This document shows positions 12,001-24,189 of a stretch of DNA of 64,000 nt, in pieces. A program made the position numbers and the translations under genes. Origin of the DNA: Eledone cirrhosa (lineage: Eukaryota); NCBI GenBank assembly GCA_964016885.1, contig OZ024763.1, forward strand, positions 3,038,001 to 3,102,000, in the 5' to 3' direction. Numbering within the stretch: the stretch's first letter is position 1; each line of letters starts with the position of its first letter. The notes beneath the pieces were generated by a model that saw nothing but the letters and a program-made list of their open reading frames with translations, did not search any database and had not been told where the DNA came from.

Positions 12001-15000
12001 CCCCTTTCCTTCCCGCTTTCCTGCCCCTTTTCCCTCCTTTCCCTGCCCCTTTTCCCTCCTTTTCCTGCCCCTTTTCCCTCCTTTCCCTGCCCCTTTTCCC
12101 TCCTTTTTCCTGCCCCTTTTCTTCCTTTTCCCTGCCCCTTTTTTCCACCCTTTTCCCTGCCCCTTTTTCCCCCCTTTTCCCTGCCCCTTTTATTCCCCCC
12201 TTTCCCTGCCCCCCCCCCTTTTTCTTCCCTTTTCCATTCCCCCTTTTCTTCCTCCTTTTTCCCCTCCCCCTTTCCTTCCTCCCTTTTCCCCTCCCCCTTT
12301 CCTTCCTCCCTTTTCCCCTCCCCCTTTCCTTCCCCCTTTTCTTCCTCCCTTTCCCTCCACCTTTTCCTACCCCTTTTCTCCACCCTTTCCCTACCCCTTT
12401 TCTCCACCCTCCCCCCCTTTACTCTCCCTTTCCCTCCCCCCTTTTCCTTCCCCCCTTTTCCTTCCCCCCTTTTCCTTCCCCCTTTCTCTCCCCCTTTTCC
12501 CTGCCCTTTTTTGTTGTCTATTGTGGTATTTTATGAACTTTCCAGGGAAACAAAGAAATTTCTACAAATGGTGTTCAATGCGGTGTTTGTTTCTATTCCC
12601 TTTGCCTCCCTTTTCCTTCCCCCTTATACTCCCTCCTCTCCCTTTTACTCCTCTCTCCCTTTCCCCCTCCCTTCCTTTCCCCCTCCCTTCCTTTCCCCCT
12701 TTTCCTTTTCCCTGCCCCTTTTCCCTCCTTCCTTTTTCCTGCCCCTTTTCCCTCCTCCCTTCCCCCCCCCCTTTCTTCCCCCTCCCCCTTTTATTCCCCC
12801 ATCCCCCCTTTCCTTCCCCCCTTTCCCTCCCCATATCTCCCCCCTTTTCCTGCCCCTTTTCTTCCCCCGTTTCGTGCCCCCTTTTCTCCCCCCGCTTCCT
12901 GCCCCCTTTTCTCCCCCCGCTTCCTGCCCCTTTCCCCTTTTTCTTGCCCCCTTTTCCTTTTCCCTCCCCCTTTTCCCTGCCCCTTTTTTCCACCCTTTTC
13001 GCTGCACCTTTTTTCCACCCTTTTCCCTGCCCCTTTTCCTGCCCCCTTTCTTCCCCCTTTTCCTGCCCCCTTTCTTCCCCCTTTTCCTGCCCCCTTTCTT
13101 CCCCCTTTTCCTGCCCCCTTTCTTCCCCCTTTTCCTGCCCCCTTTCTTCCCCCTTTTCCTGCCCCCTTTTCCTGCCCCCTTTCTTCCCCCTTTTCCTGCC
13201 CCTTTTCTTCCCCCTTTTCCTGCCCCCTTTTCTTCCCCCTTTTCCCTTCCCCCTTTTCCCTTCCCCCTTTTCTTCCCCCTTTTCCCTTCCCCCTTTTTCT
13301 TCCCTTTTCCCTTCCCCCTTTTCTTCCGCCCTTTTCCCCTCCCCCTTTTCTTCCGCCCTTTTCCCCTCCCCCTTTTCTTCCGCCCTTTTCCCCTCCCCCT
13401 TTTCTTCCGCCCTTTTCCCCTCCCCCTTTTCTTCCGCCCTTCCCCCCCCTTCCTTCCCCCTTTTCCCCTTTCCCTCTCCCCCTTTTCCCCTTTCCCTCTC
13501 CCCCTTTTCCCCCCTTTTCCCCTTTCCCTCTCCCCCTTTTCCCCTTTCCCTCTCCCCCCCTTTCCTCCCCCCCTTTCCTTCCCCCTTTTCTCCTTTCTCC
13601 TTTCCCTCTCCCTTTCCTTCTCCCTCTCCTGCTCCCTTTCCCTCCCCCTTTTCTCCTCCCTGTCCTCCTTTTCTCCATTTCCCCCCCTTTACTCCCTTTC
13701 CGCCCCCCTTTTCCTCCCCTTTACTCTGCATCCATTTATGCCCCCTCTTCATGCCCCTTTCCCTCCCCCTTTTCCTGCCCCTTTCCCCTTTTCCTGCTCC
13801 TTTCCCTCCTCCTTTTTCTGCCCTTTTTCCTCCCCTTTTTCCTCCCCTTTTTCCTCCCTCTTTCCCATGCCCTTTTCTCTTCATCCCCTCCCCCTTTTCC
13901 TGCCCTTTTTCCTACCCCGTCTCCTTCCCCCTTTCCTGCCCTTTTTCCTTCCCCCCTTTTCCCTTTTCCTTCCCCCCTTCGTTTTTGTTGTCTATTGTGG
14001 TATTTTATGAACTTTCCAGGGAAACAAAATAAAGACGTTTCTACAAATGGTGTTCAATGCGGTGTTTCTTTCTATTCCCTTTTCCTGCCCCTTTTGCTCC
14101 CCCTTTTCCTGCCCCTTTTGCTCCCCCTTTTCCTGCCCCTTTTGGTCCCCCTTTTGCTCCCCCTTTTCCTGCCCCTTTTGCTCCCCCTTTTGCTCCCCCT
14201 TTTCCTGCCCCTTTTGCTCCCCCTTTTCCTGCCCTTTTCCCTTCACCTTTTTCTTGCCCCCTTTTCCTTCCCTTTTTCTTGCCCCCTTTTCCTTCCCCCC
14301 TTTTCTTTCCCTTTTTCTTGCCCCCTTTTCCCTGCCCCTTTTTGTTGTCTATTGTGGTATTTTATGAACTTTCCAGGGAAACAAAATAAAGAAATTTCTA
14401 CAAATGGTGTTCAATGCGGTGTTTCTTTCTATTCCCTTTGCTTCCCTTTTCCTTCCCCTTCCTTCCCCCTTCTACTTGTCCCCTTTTCCTTCCGCCTTTT
14501 CTCTGCCCTTTTGCTGCCCCATTTTCTTACCCCTTTCGTGCCCCCTTTCCCTCCCACCTTTCCCTCCTCCCTTTTTCCTTCGCCTTTTCCTGCCCCTTTT
14601 CCCTCCTTTTTCTACCCCCGTTCCTTCCCGCTTTCCTGCCCCTTTTCCTCCCCCTTTTCCTTTTCCCTCCTTTTCCTGCCCCTTTTCCCTCCTTTCCCTG
14701 CCCCTTTTCCCTCCTTTCCCTGCCCCTTTTCCCTCCTCCTTTTTCCTGCCCCTTTTCTTCCCCCTTTTCTTCCTTTTCCCCGACCCTTTTTTCCACCCTT
14801 TTCCCTGCCCCTTTTCTTCCCCCCTTTTTCCCCTCCCCCTTTTCTTCCCCCTTTTCCCCCTCCACCTTTTCCCCCTCCCCCTTTCCTTTCCCCTTTCCCT
14901 CCTCTCCCTCCCCCTTTCCTTTCCCCTTTCCCTCCCTCCCCTCCCTTTCCCTCTCCCTCCTCCTTTCCTGCCCCCCTTCCCCCTTTCCTCCCCCCTTTTC

Positions 15001-17020
15001 TTCCCCCCCTTTCCTCCCCCCTTTTCTTCCCCCTTTTCTCCCCCCTTTCCCTTCCCCCCTTTTCTTCCCCCTTTCCCTTCCCCCCTTTACTCCCTTTTTA
15101 CATTTCCCCTTTCCTCCCCCCTTTTCTTCCCCCCTTTTCCTGCCCCTTTTCTTCCCCCCTTTTCCTGCCCCTTTTCTTTCCCATTTTCCTTCCCCCTTTT
15201 CTTCGCCCTTTCCCTCCCCGCTTTACCTTCCCCCCGCTTTACCTTCCCCCCGCTTTCCCTCCCCCTCCCCCTTTCCCTCCCCGCTTTCCCCTCCCCCTTT
15301 CCCTTTTCTTCCCCTTTCCCCTCCCTTTCCCTTTTCTTCCCCTTTCCCCTCCCTTTCCCTCACCCTTTACTCCCTTTCCCTCCCCCTTTTCTTCCCCCTT
15401 TACCCTGCTCCCTTTTCCTGCCCCTTTCCCTTCCCCATTTCCCTCCTCCTACCCCCCCCCCCTTTTCCCTCCTCTCCCTCTTCACCCCTTTCCCTCTTCT
15501 CCCCTTTCCCTCCTCTCCCTCTTCTCCCCTTTCCCTCCTCTCCCTTTTACTCCCCCTCTCCCTTTTACTCCTCCTCTCCCTTTTACTCCTCTCTCCCTTT
15601 CCCCCTCCCTTCCTTCCCCCCTTTCCCTCCCCATATCTTCCCCCTTTTCCTGCCCCTTTTCTTCCCCCGTTTCGTGCCCCCTTTTCTTCCCCCTTTTCCT
15701 GCCCTTTTTCTTCCCCCTTTTCCTGCCCTTTTTCTTCCCCCTTTTCCTGCCCTTTTCCTTCCCCCTTTTCCTGCCCTTTTTCCTTCCCCCTTTTCCTGCC
15801 CTTTTTCCTTCCCCCTTTCTCTTCCACTTTTCCCTGCCCCTTTTCTTCCCTCTTTTCCCTGCCCCCTTTTCCTCCCCCCTTCTTGCCCCCCCCCCCCTTC
15901 TTGCCCCCCCCCCCCCCTTCTTGTCCCCTTTTCCTTCCCCCCTTTCTTGTCCCCTTTTCCTTCCCCCCTTTCTTGTCCGCTTTTCCTTCCCCCCCTTTCT
16001 TGTCCCCTTTTCCATGCCCCTTTTCTTTTCCCTTTCCCTTTCCCTCCCCCTTTTCTCCACCCTTTTCCTCCCCCTTTTCCCTGCCCCCTTTTCCTTTTCC
16101 CTGCCCCCTTTTTCCTTTCCCTTTTCCCTGCCCCCTTTTTCCTTTCCCTTTTCCCTGCCCCCTTTTCCTTTCCCTTTTCCCTGCCCCCTTTTCCTTCCCC
16201 CTTTTTCCTTTCCCTTCTCCTTCCCCTTCTCCTTCCCCTTCTCCTTCCCCTTCTCCTTCCCCTTCTCCTTCCTCTTCCCTTTTCCTCTTCCCTTTTCCTC
16301 TTCCCTTTTCCTCTTCCCTTTTCCTCCTCCCTTTTCCCCTCCCCCTTTTCTTCCCCCTTTCCATTTCCCTTTCCTTCCCCCTTTTCTCTGCCCCTTTTCT
16401 TCCCTCCCCCCCTTTTACTGCCCCTTTCCCCCCCTTTTTCTTCCCACTTTTCCCTCCCTTTTCCGGCCCCCTTTCCCTCTCCCCCTTTTCCATCCCCCCT
16501 CTCCTCCTCTCCTCTCCCTTTCCTCCCCCTTTCCTCCTCTCCTCTCCCTTTCCTCTCCCTCCTCCTTTCCTCTCCTTACTTCCTCCTTTCCTCTCCTTTC
16601 CTCTCCCTCCCTCTTCCCTCCTCTTTTCACCCCCCCTTTCTCTCTTTTTCTCTCCCTCTTTTTTCTTTCCCTTTTCCTCTTTCATCCACCTTTCACTCCC
16701 TTTCGCTTCCTTCTTTCTTTTTTCCTCCTTTTTTCTTCCCCCTTTCCTCTCCTTTTCCTCCCCCTTTCCTGCTCCCTTTCTCTTTTTCCTTTTCTTTTCT
16801 TTCCTTTTCCTCACTTTTTTCTTTTCTTTCCTTTTCCTCACTTTTTTCTTTTCTTTCCTTTTCCTCCCTTTTTTCTTTTCTTTTCCCTTTTCCTCACTTT
16901 TTTCTTCCCTTTTCCTTTTTTCTCTTTCCTTTTCCTCTTTTCTCTTTCCTTTTCCTCTTCTCTCCCTTTTCACTCCCTCCTTTCCTCTATCCCTTTTTTC
17001 CCTTTCCCTTTTCTCCCCCT
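1..17020 (+). repeat. ~17-kb strand-asymmetric polypyrimidine low-complexity array (CCCCTTTTCCTG-like motifs) with kb-scale internal duplications; probably GLCE last intron
   Basis: Almost only C/T on + from base 1 to ~17020; recurring units such as ttttcctgcccc and ttccttcccc; no recognisable coding exon upstream of the GLCE acceptor at 17337. Confidence 0.95.
2517..14440 (+). repeat. 12 dispersed copies of a conserved ~95-bp cassette (TTGTCTATTGTGGTATTTTATGAACTTTCCAGGGAAACAA..ATTTCTACAAATGGTGTTCAATGCGGTGTTT)
   Basis: Copies start at ~2517, 4181, 5458, 7633, 7990, 9755, 10046, 10481, 11384, 12511, 13985 and 14342, all in the same orientation and differing mainly in a short A-rich core. Confidence 0.95.
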
Positions 17021-17337
17021 TTGTATTTTAGCATATTTTTTTTATAAATTTTTACTCTACTAGAGTTATCTACCTTGTTCAAAGGTAACAAGAGTTACTC
17101 TCCTTGTTTGAATGTTACAGCAAAGTAATCTCCCTTGTCTGTAAGTCCCACCCAGTTAGTTACAGGAGCGGTGGTGTGGGGGTTGAATGCCCATCGTTTT
17201 TTTTTTTTCTTTTCCTGTTTTCGCTCTTTTTTTCTTTCTTTTTTGCTGTTTTAAACTTGATCTTTCCTCTCATGAAATGTCAGTGTATCACCAGGTGTAA
17301 TGTTTTCTGTTGATTGTTATATTTCATGTATTTTCAG

Positions 17338-18362
17338 AGTCGCTAAACACTCCAGGAATATCCATGGATGTGGAGGAAGATTCCTTTCTGGTCTCATTTG
17401 ATTTCCTGTTTGTAAGCAACGGCACCATCACAGTTTCACTTAAAGTACACAAAGACCGCATCTTTCACATCCACTACGTGTTCAGTAACACTCTGATAAC
17501 GATAGACAGATCAAACATCTACTACGGTCTCGGAGACATTCCGTTGTCTTGGCGACACATTACCCGAGACATAGCCATTGACTTCCAGAAAGGAATGGGG
17601 CTGCAGTACTCGAAAGTGAAGAAGGGGAAGCTACGTAACATAATTGTCCATCTGACGGCTATCACTTTACACGGACAAGGTCAGATGGACAATATTACTG
17701 TCTCTTCGGCCGCTCATCTTGACCAGTTTTATGACGCTGCCAACTGGCTGGTCAAACACCAGGACGATCGAGGTGGTTGGCCCATCATGGTGGCACGTAA
17801 ACTCAGTATGCTTGAGCTAGACCCGGGGTGGTATTCTGCAATGGCCCAAGGTCAAGCAATGTCTCTTCTTGTTAGAGCCTACATCAGAACGAAAAACCCC
17901 ATTTATTTAAATGCAGCAGTGAATGGTTTAAAACTGTATCAGGTAAGCAGTGCAGAAGGTGGTGTTATGGCGAAATATGCAGGTGTGTACACCTGGTATG
18001 AAGAATATCCAACACAACCGAGTAGTTTTGTATTAAATGGATTCATATATTCCCTTCTCGGTCTCTACGATGTGAAGGAGATTGCCACGGGAAGTGGAAA
18101 GCAGCTGGCCCAAATGCTGTTTGACACAGGCATGCATTCACTAAAACACATGTTACTCCTCTTTGACAATGGGTCTGGGACATTCTATGACTTACGACAT
18201 TTAACGCTGGGCATAACCCCTAATCGAGCCCGTTGGGACTACCACACAACACATATCAACCAACTCCTCCTCTTATCCACAATAGACGATAACCCTTTAT
18301 TTAAAAATACTGCAGAACGATGGATATCATACATGAAGGGCAAACGAGCACCTCACAATTAA
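17338..18362 (+). CDS. GLCE: D-glucuronyl C5-epimerase (heparan sulfate), terminal coding exon
   Basis: Translation carries GLCE C-terminal motifs (GGWPIMV, PGWYSAMAQGQA, WYEEYPT.PSSFVLNGF, YDLRH, RARWDYHTTHINQL, KGKRAPHN*); acceptor ttttcAG at 17331-17337 (phase 1); stop TAA 18360-18362. Confidence 0.96.
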
Positions 18363-18830
18363 CCATTAACCCGCTCTAGGCACGTTATGTCGCCAATAGA
18401 GTAATATCACCTTAATATATAGCACAGTGTCAAGGAAGGCAAGTCATAAAAAAATTTCACCGTGTTAAAGGTTAAAAAAACTAAAAGAAATGTCATTACA
18501 GTTATATCACCCCTCCCCCACAAAAACAAACAATATTCTGTAATGATGATGATATTAATTTATCTTTTTACATAAGTTTTATTTTCTACCATTAACATTT
18601 CTAGAACCCCCTACCTTTTGTTTTGCATTTTTTTTTTTTTTTGTCTGTTTCTTTGTTTCATTGTTTTTTGTTTTTTTTTATATGAAATAATTCATTGATA
18701 TATCTTTAAAGGTAATTGTTTTTTGGCTTAAACCCTTTAGCATTAAATAATAATGTATATACATGTATGTGTGTATAAATATATATATATATACACACAC
18801 ACATACATGCATGCATATGTATATATATAT

Positions 18831-19360
18831 GGCCTAGTGGTCAATTAGTTTTTGGCGGGGAGGGAGTGGCTGATTATCACAAGGTCATAGTTTCGATCGT
18901 GGGACTAGGCTCTTTGAACCCTTGACCAAGACTTTTTATTTCACATTTCATGTTGCTCGAGTCCTTTTAGCTGATGAAGAGAACAAAAATGATGAGCAAC
19001 AACAGCAGCTGGGGGTGCAGAAGGTTAGCTGGTGTTGTGTTCTTGAACAAAACACTCCATTTCATGTTGCTCCAGTATACTCAGCTGAAAATGTGTACCA
19101 GCATCACTAGCTAGGGGGTTTAACCCTGCGATGGACTGGTGTCTTGTCCAGGGGGGAGTTTTGTACTCTCTGTTGTTTCATGCCACAAAACCAGGAGAAG
19201 CACCTTTGCTGAACCTCTCGGCTCAAAATGGACTTTAATCCTGTAATGGACTGGCATCCTCTCCAGTGGTGGTGGTCTTGTATTTTGTCACTTCATGCCA
19301 CAGGAACTGGGATAAGTGCCAGCCTGCTGAACTTCCAGGCTGAAGACAGACTTTAGATAT
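18831..19360 (+). mobile_element. Degenerate tRNA-derived SINE fragments
   Basis: ggcctagtggt head, B-box-like gtttcgat, CORE-like ttgaacaaaacact..tttcatgttgctccag, and cctgcgatggactgg motif. Confidence 0.6.
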
Positions 19361-19681
19361 ACTAACAACTGTCTTCACATTGAGCCACGGAATTTGGTAA
19401 TCCTGCTTTTTTTTTTCTTTTAAAGCTAGTGGACTAAATTGGAAAGAATTTAAGCTTTATTTTTCAAGTTTACTAAATCAATCAAGATTTTATCAAATTC
19501 TTAATTTACATCTCCAGTTAAATTTATCTCTTTCTACATTTTACTAAATGCTTTTTTTTTTTGTGATTCTTAATATTTTTTACACACACTGCCAGTATGG
19601 AATAGAGGGTGTAAAAATGATGTTTGTATGTATATAGTTTGTGTGTGTGAATGTGTGTGTATATATATGTGTGTTTGTGTC

Positions 19682-19731
<50 letters not shown>

Positions 19732-20159
19732 TACATGTGTGTGTGTATATAAAACTTTTTATTTACAAATCAAAAGAAAACAAAAAATTAAATAATTTTT
19801 CCAATTTCCCATGAATTCTTGCCCTTCCCCCTTCAAACAAAACATTAAGAACGTGATGGTTCTCTTGATTTTATGATCCAATTTTTAGTTTTATTTTTTA
19901 AACATGTTTCTTCAAAATCTATCTATTCTGTGACTTATCTTTCAATTATTTTATAACTACAGAACTTTGTAGCAAAAAAAAAAAAATCATTCCATTCTTA
20001 AAACTTTGCCATATCATATTCAGCGCTATATTCCTATTTTTTTTATTATTGTTGTCGTCATTATTATTATTGTTATTAGGGGTGGTTTGGCGGTAATTGG
20101 TAGAGTGTTGGACTAAATTGTTGGCCTTGTGCCTAAATCAAACGATTATTATTATTATT

Positions 20160-20390
20160 AGGACGGTGGATTGGTAGAATCTGTAAAACGTCGGACAACA
20201 TGCTTCACAGCATAGAGTTACGGCCCTTTACGCTCTGAGTTCAAATCCCGCGAAGGTTAGCTTTGCCTTTTGTCCTTACGGGGTTCGATAAAATAAAGTA
20301 CCAGTAATGTACTGGGGTCAATTAAATCGACTTTCCCCTCCCCCAAAATTGCTGGCCTTGTGCCTAAATCAGAAACCATTATTTTTTTTT
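20160..20390 (+). mobile_element. tRNA-derived SINE (family ending gctggccttgtgcctaaa..gaaac(att)n)
   Basis: A-box-like ggattggtagaa, B box gagttcaaatcc, body gataaaataaagtaccag; further copies at ~20790-21290, 22068-22265, 24700-24860, 26020-26200 and 51060-51220. Confidence 0.8.
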
Positions 20391-20499
20391 TTTTGTCTTA
20401 AAATATTTTCTTCTGATGTTTTACAATGTTATAACTTCCCTCCACCCTCCTGCTACCCCTCTTTAAATCTTTGGTGTATTTCTCAACATTGTCACTCCA

Positions 20500-20715
20500 C
20501 CCACTACCACTCTCTACCCCCTCCCTCTCTACCCCCCTCCCTCTCTACCACCCTCTACCTCTCTACCACCCTCTACCTCTCTACCACTCTCTACCACTCT
20601 CTACCACTCTCTACCACCCTCCCTCTCTACCACTCTCTACCACTCTCTACCACCCTCCCTCTCTACCACCCTCTTTCCCTCTACCTCTCTACCCCCCCCT
20701 ATCTACCCCCCCCCC
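20500..20715 (+). repeat. CTCTACCACT-type minisatellite
   Basis: Repeated ctctaccact/ctctaccacc units. Confidence 0.85.
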
Positions 20716-21294
20716 AACAAAACATTTTTCTACTGCTGTCAGTTTCAATGCTTATGTTGTAATGTTTCTTTAGCTTGTCATAAGAACTATTATCATCCTT
20801 ACGGGGTCGATAAAATAAAGTACCAGTAATGCACTGGGTAATTGCTGGCCTTGTGCCAAATGTAGAAACAATTATTACTATACTTTGGCAGTATCGGTAG
20901 AGGCTCGGACGCCATGCTTTGACGTATAGAGTTACGGCCCTTGCCATTTTGAGTTCAAATGCCGCCAAGGTTATTAACTTTGCCTTTCATCCTTACAGGG
21001 TCGATAAAATAAAGTACCAGTAATGCACTGGGTAATTGCTGGCCTTGTGCCAAATGTAGAAACAATTATTACTATACTTTGGCAGTATCGGTAGAGGTTC
21101 GGACGCCATGCTTTGACGTATAGAGTTACGGCCCTTGCCATTTTGAGTTCAAATGCCGCCGAGGTTATTAACTTTGCCTTTCATCCTTACAGGGTCGATA
21201 AAATAAAGTACCAGTCACGCACTGGGGTCGATTTGATCGACTTTCCCCTCCTCCCAAATTACTGGCCTTGTGCCTATACTAGAAATCATTATTG

Positions 21295-22105
21295 AGGGTC
21301 GGGCAGTATCGGTAGAGGGTCGGGCGGTAGATTGGCAGTATCGGTAGAGAGTCGGACGGTAGATTGGCAGTATCGGTAGAGAGTCGGGCAGTATCGGTAG
21401 AGGGTCGGACGGTAGATTGGCAGTATCGGTAGAGGGTCGGGCGGTAGATTGGCAGTATCGGTAGAGGGTCGGGCGGTAGATTGGCAGTATCGGTAGAGAG
21501 TCGGACGGTAGATTGGCAGTATCGGTAGAGGGTCGGGCGGTAGATTGGCAGTATCGGTAGAGAGTCGGACGGTAGATTGGCAGTATCGGTAGAGGGTCGG
21601 GCGGTAGATTGGCAGTATCGGTAGAGGGTCGGGCGGTAGATTGGCAGTATCGGTAGAGAGTCGGACGGTAGATTGGCAGTATCGGTAGAGGGTCGGGCGG
21701 TAGATTGGCAGTATCGGTAGAGAGTCGGGCAGTATCGGTAGAGAGTCGGACGGTAGATTGGCAGTATCGGTAGAGGGTCGGGCGGTAGATTGGCAGTATC
21801 GGTAGAGGGTCGGGCGGTAGATTGGCAGTATCGGTAGAGAGTCGGACGGTAGATTGGCAGTATCGGTAGAGAGTCGGACGGTAGATTGGCAGTATCGGTA
21901 GAGGGTCGGGCGGTAGATTGGCAGTATCGGTAGAGAGTCGGGCAGTATCGGTAGAGGGTCGGACGGTAGATTGGCAGTATCGGTAGAGGGTCGGACGGTA
22001 GATTGGCAGTATCGGTAGAGGGTCGGGCGGTAGATTGGCAGTATCGGTAGAGGGTCGGACGCCATGTTAGGGCGGTAGATTGGCAGTATCGGTAGAGGGT
22101 CGGAC
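21295..22105 (+). repeat. 32-bp minisatellite (GGTAGATTGGCAGTATCGGTAGAGRGTCGGRC) derived from the SINE 5' head
   Basis: Period 32 (attggcag at 21331 and 21363), occasional 21-bp short units, runs directly into an intact SINE body at ~22105-22265. Confidence 0.92.
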
Positions 22106-23884
22106 GCCATGCTTTCCAGCATAGAGTTACGTCCCTTTACGATCTGAGTTCAAATCCCGCCGAGGTTGACTTTGCCTTTCATCCTTATGGGGTCGATAAA
22201 ATAAAGTACCAGTAATACACTGGGTAATTGCTGGCCTTGTGCCTAATGTAGAAACAATTATTATTGCTATTTTTGTCATTAATTAACAACAAAAGAAATG
22301 TCTTTGCACATCTCCTTTCCAGTAAATCAACCCCCACCCCATCCTCCGTTTGTCTCTGCCTATCCTTCTGTTCCACCCTCTCTCTCTCATACTTTTGTAC
22401 ATATACACGCACATATCCACATACAAAAAAACACATACACACATATTCTCATAAATGCGCATATATACACACACACACACACACACATATATACATACAA
22501 AAAACGTATGTACACATATATATTCTTATAAATGCGCACATATTTATACAAAGACACACACTGACTCCAATAATACATACAGAAACCCCCCCCACACACA
22601 CACACACACACTGACTCCAATAATACATACAGAACCCCCACACACACACACACTCCATGTTTTGCCTATTTCGGCTTTTCATTTTTTTCATTTCTTTAGA
22701 TTTCAAAAACCAAAATGTTTATTTTCCTGTCTGTGATCTCTTTATTATTATTATTATTATTATATAAAGTACCAGTAATGCACTCGTGTCAATTTAATCA
22801 ACTTTCCCCTCCCAAAATTGCTGGCCTTGTGCCTAAAGTAGAAACAATTATTACTATTACCCTTTTACCTGTTCCAGCCATCCGGCTGAGGCCATGCTGG
22901 GGCGCCGCCCTTATTAATATTATTATTTAAAAACCATTTCTAATTACTCTGACATTATAATTAGCTACCTCCCACCCCATTACAAGAACATAATTAGCTT
23001 TATCCCTCTAATTAGCTCCACCACCACCAATACTTCCTACTCGTTAAAATTGGCTGGAGGAAGAAATCAATTTTTCCTCATTTACCCCAATCCTCACACA
23101 CACACTGTATGTATATACACCTACAATGGTTTTTTTTTTTGGTTTTTTTAATACAGAGATAAACAAAACAAAATAAACTGCCCCACCCTAGCCCCCTGCC
23201 CCACACAAAAACAAACTATCTCTGAAATATTGGTTGTGACTAACTTTTTGTTTCTATTTCACTTTGAAAACATTACATTTCTGTAATGCCACTCAACTCT
23301 CCATCTACCTGACTTTTCTTTCTGTCCTCATTTCTCCTTTACCCATATATATATATATATACACACACACATATATACATATGTTAGTGTGGAAGATGGA
23401 CGTTAAATGATGATGATGATATATATATATATATATATATAGTAGTTCTTCAACAGTTAGTTCACCCTCCCATGGACTGAGTGCTCTACTACTACGGATA
23501 TAACCCTTCAGTGTTATATAGGTTTCGGCCAGTATTGGCCCAGGCCATGTCTAACTTAATAGCAACACCTGGTGTGTATGTGTATGTATCTTCCAAATTT
23601 ATTTTATGGACCTCTGAATATATATATATATGTGGCTGAAAAACTAATTATCAACTTGCTTCGGGGGGCAAACTCCAAGTACCTAGCAAGGTATATGCCA
23701 GTTAGTCCTGTTTTTATATATATATCCAGTCACCAACCAATAAACGTAATTAAGGCTAAACAAATTGTCCTCGTATATATATATATATATATTGGGTTGT
23801 CAAGTAGGAAATTTGTAGAAAAAAACATTCTACAAATTTCATACTTGACAACCCAATATATATATATATATCTATCTAGGGTGG

Positions 23885-24010
23885 GTAAAATTCCCGAGAT
23901 CCATGGATGAGGTCTCTGTCCCTCATTATCACTGCCATGTCCTGCGTCTCCAACAGACCAGTGTCTGTCCTTAGAGCATCAACATATGTTAACCTTGGTC
24001 TTCCTCTTCC
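23885..24010 (-). mobile_element. RTE-clade LINE 3' end fragment
   Basis: Minus translation GRGRPRLTYVDALRTDTGLLETQDMAVIMRDRDL resembles an RTE ORF C-terminus. Confidence 0.7.
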
Positions 24011-24189
24011 AGTGTGTCAATGCAGGGGCTCCCACAGGAGCACTGAGTGCAGTGTCACCTCTAGATGTCGGTGAGCATGTCCAGCTAACCTCAGTCTCCT
24101 CTGTGTCACTTTTAAGCTGACTTTTGGGAGGCTCCCGTACAGCTCTGAGTTCTTCAGCCTGAGATGGAGAAGAAGCTGAGGGAAGATCA

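Noticed and set aside
2517-14440. CRISPR-like repeat-spacer array
   Set aside because: Repeats are ~95 bp, spacers are 0.2-2 kb low-complexity and mutually duplicated, there are no cas genes and the context is eukaryotic.
57-17063. Very long Pro/Phe/Leu/Ser ORFs (+) and Gly/Lys/Arg/Glu ORFs (-), up to 2404 aa
   Set aside because: C/T-only DNA cannot form stop codons; all frames are open together and close mostly at the cassettes, so these are compositional artefacts.
17310-17337. ORF-track start MIVIFHVFS for GLCE
   Set aside because: Intronic; it starts at TTG and the acceptor AG is at 17336-17337.
21289-22122. 277-aa repetitive minus-strand ORF
   Set aside because: Translation of a 32-bp SINE-derived minisatellite.
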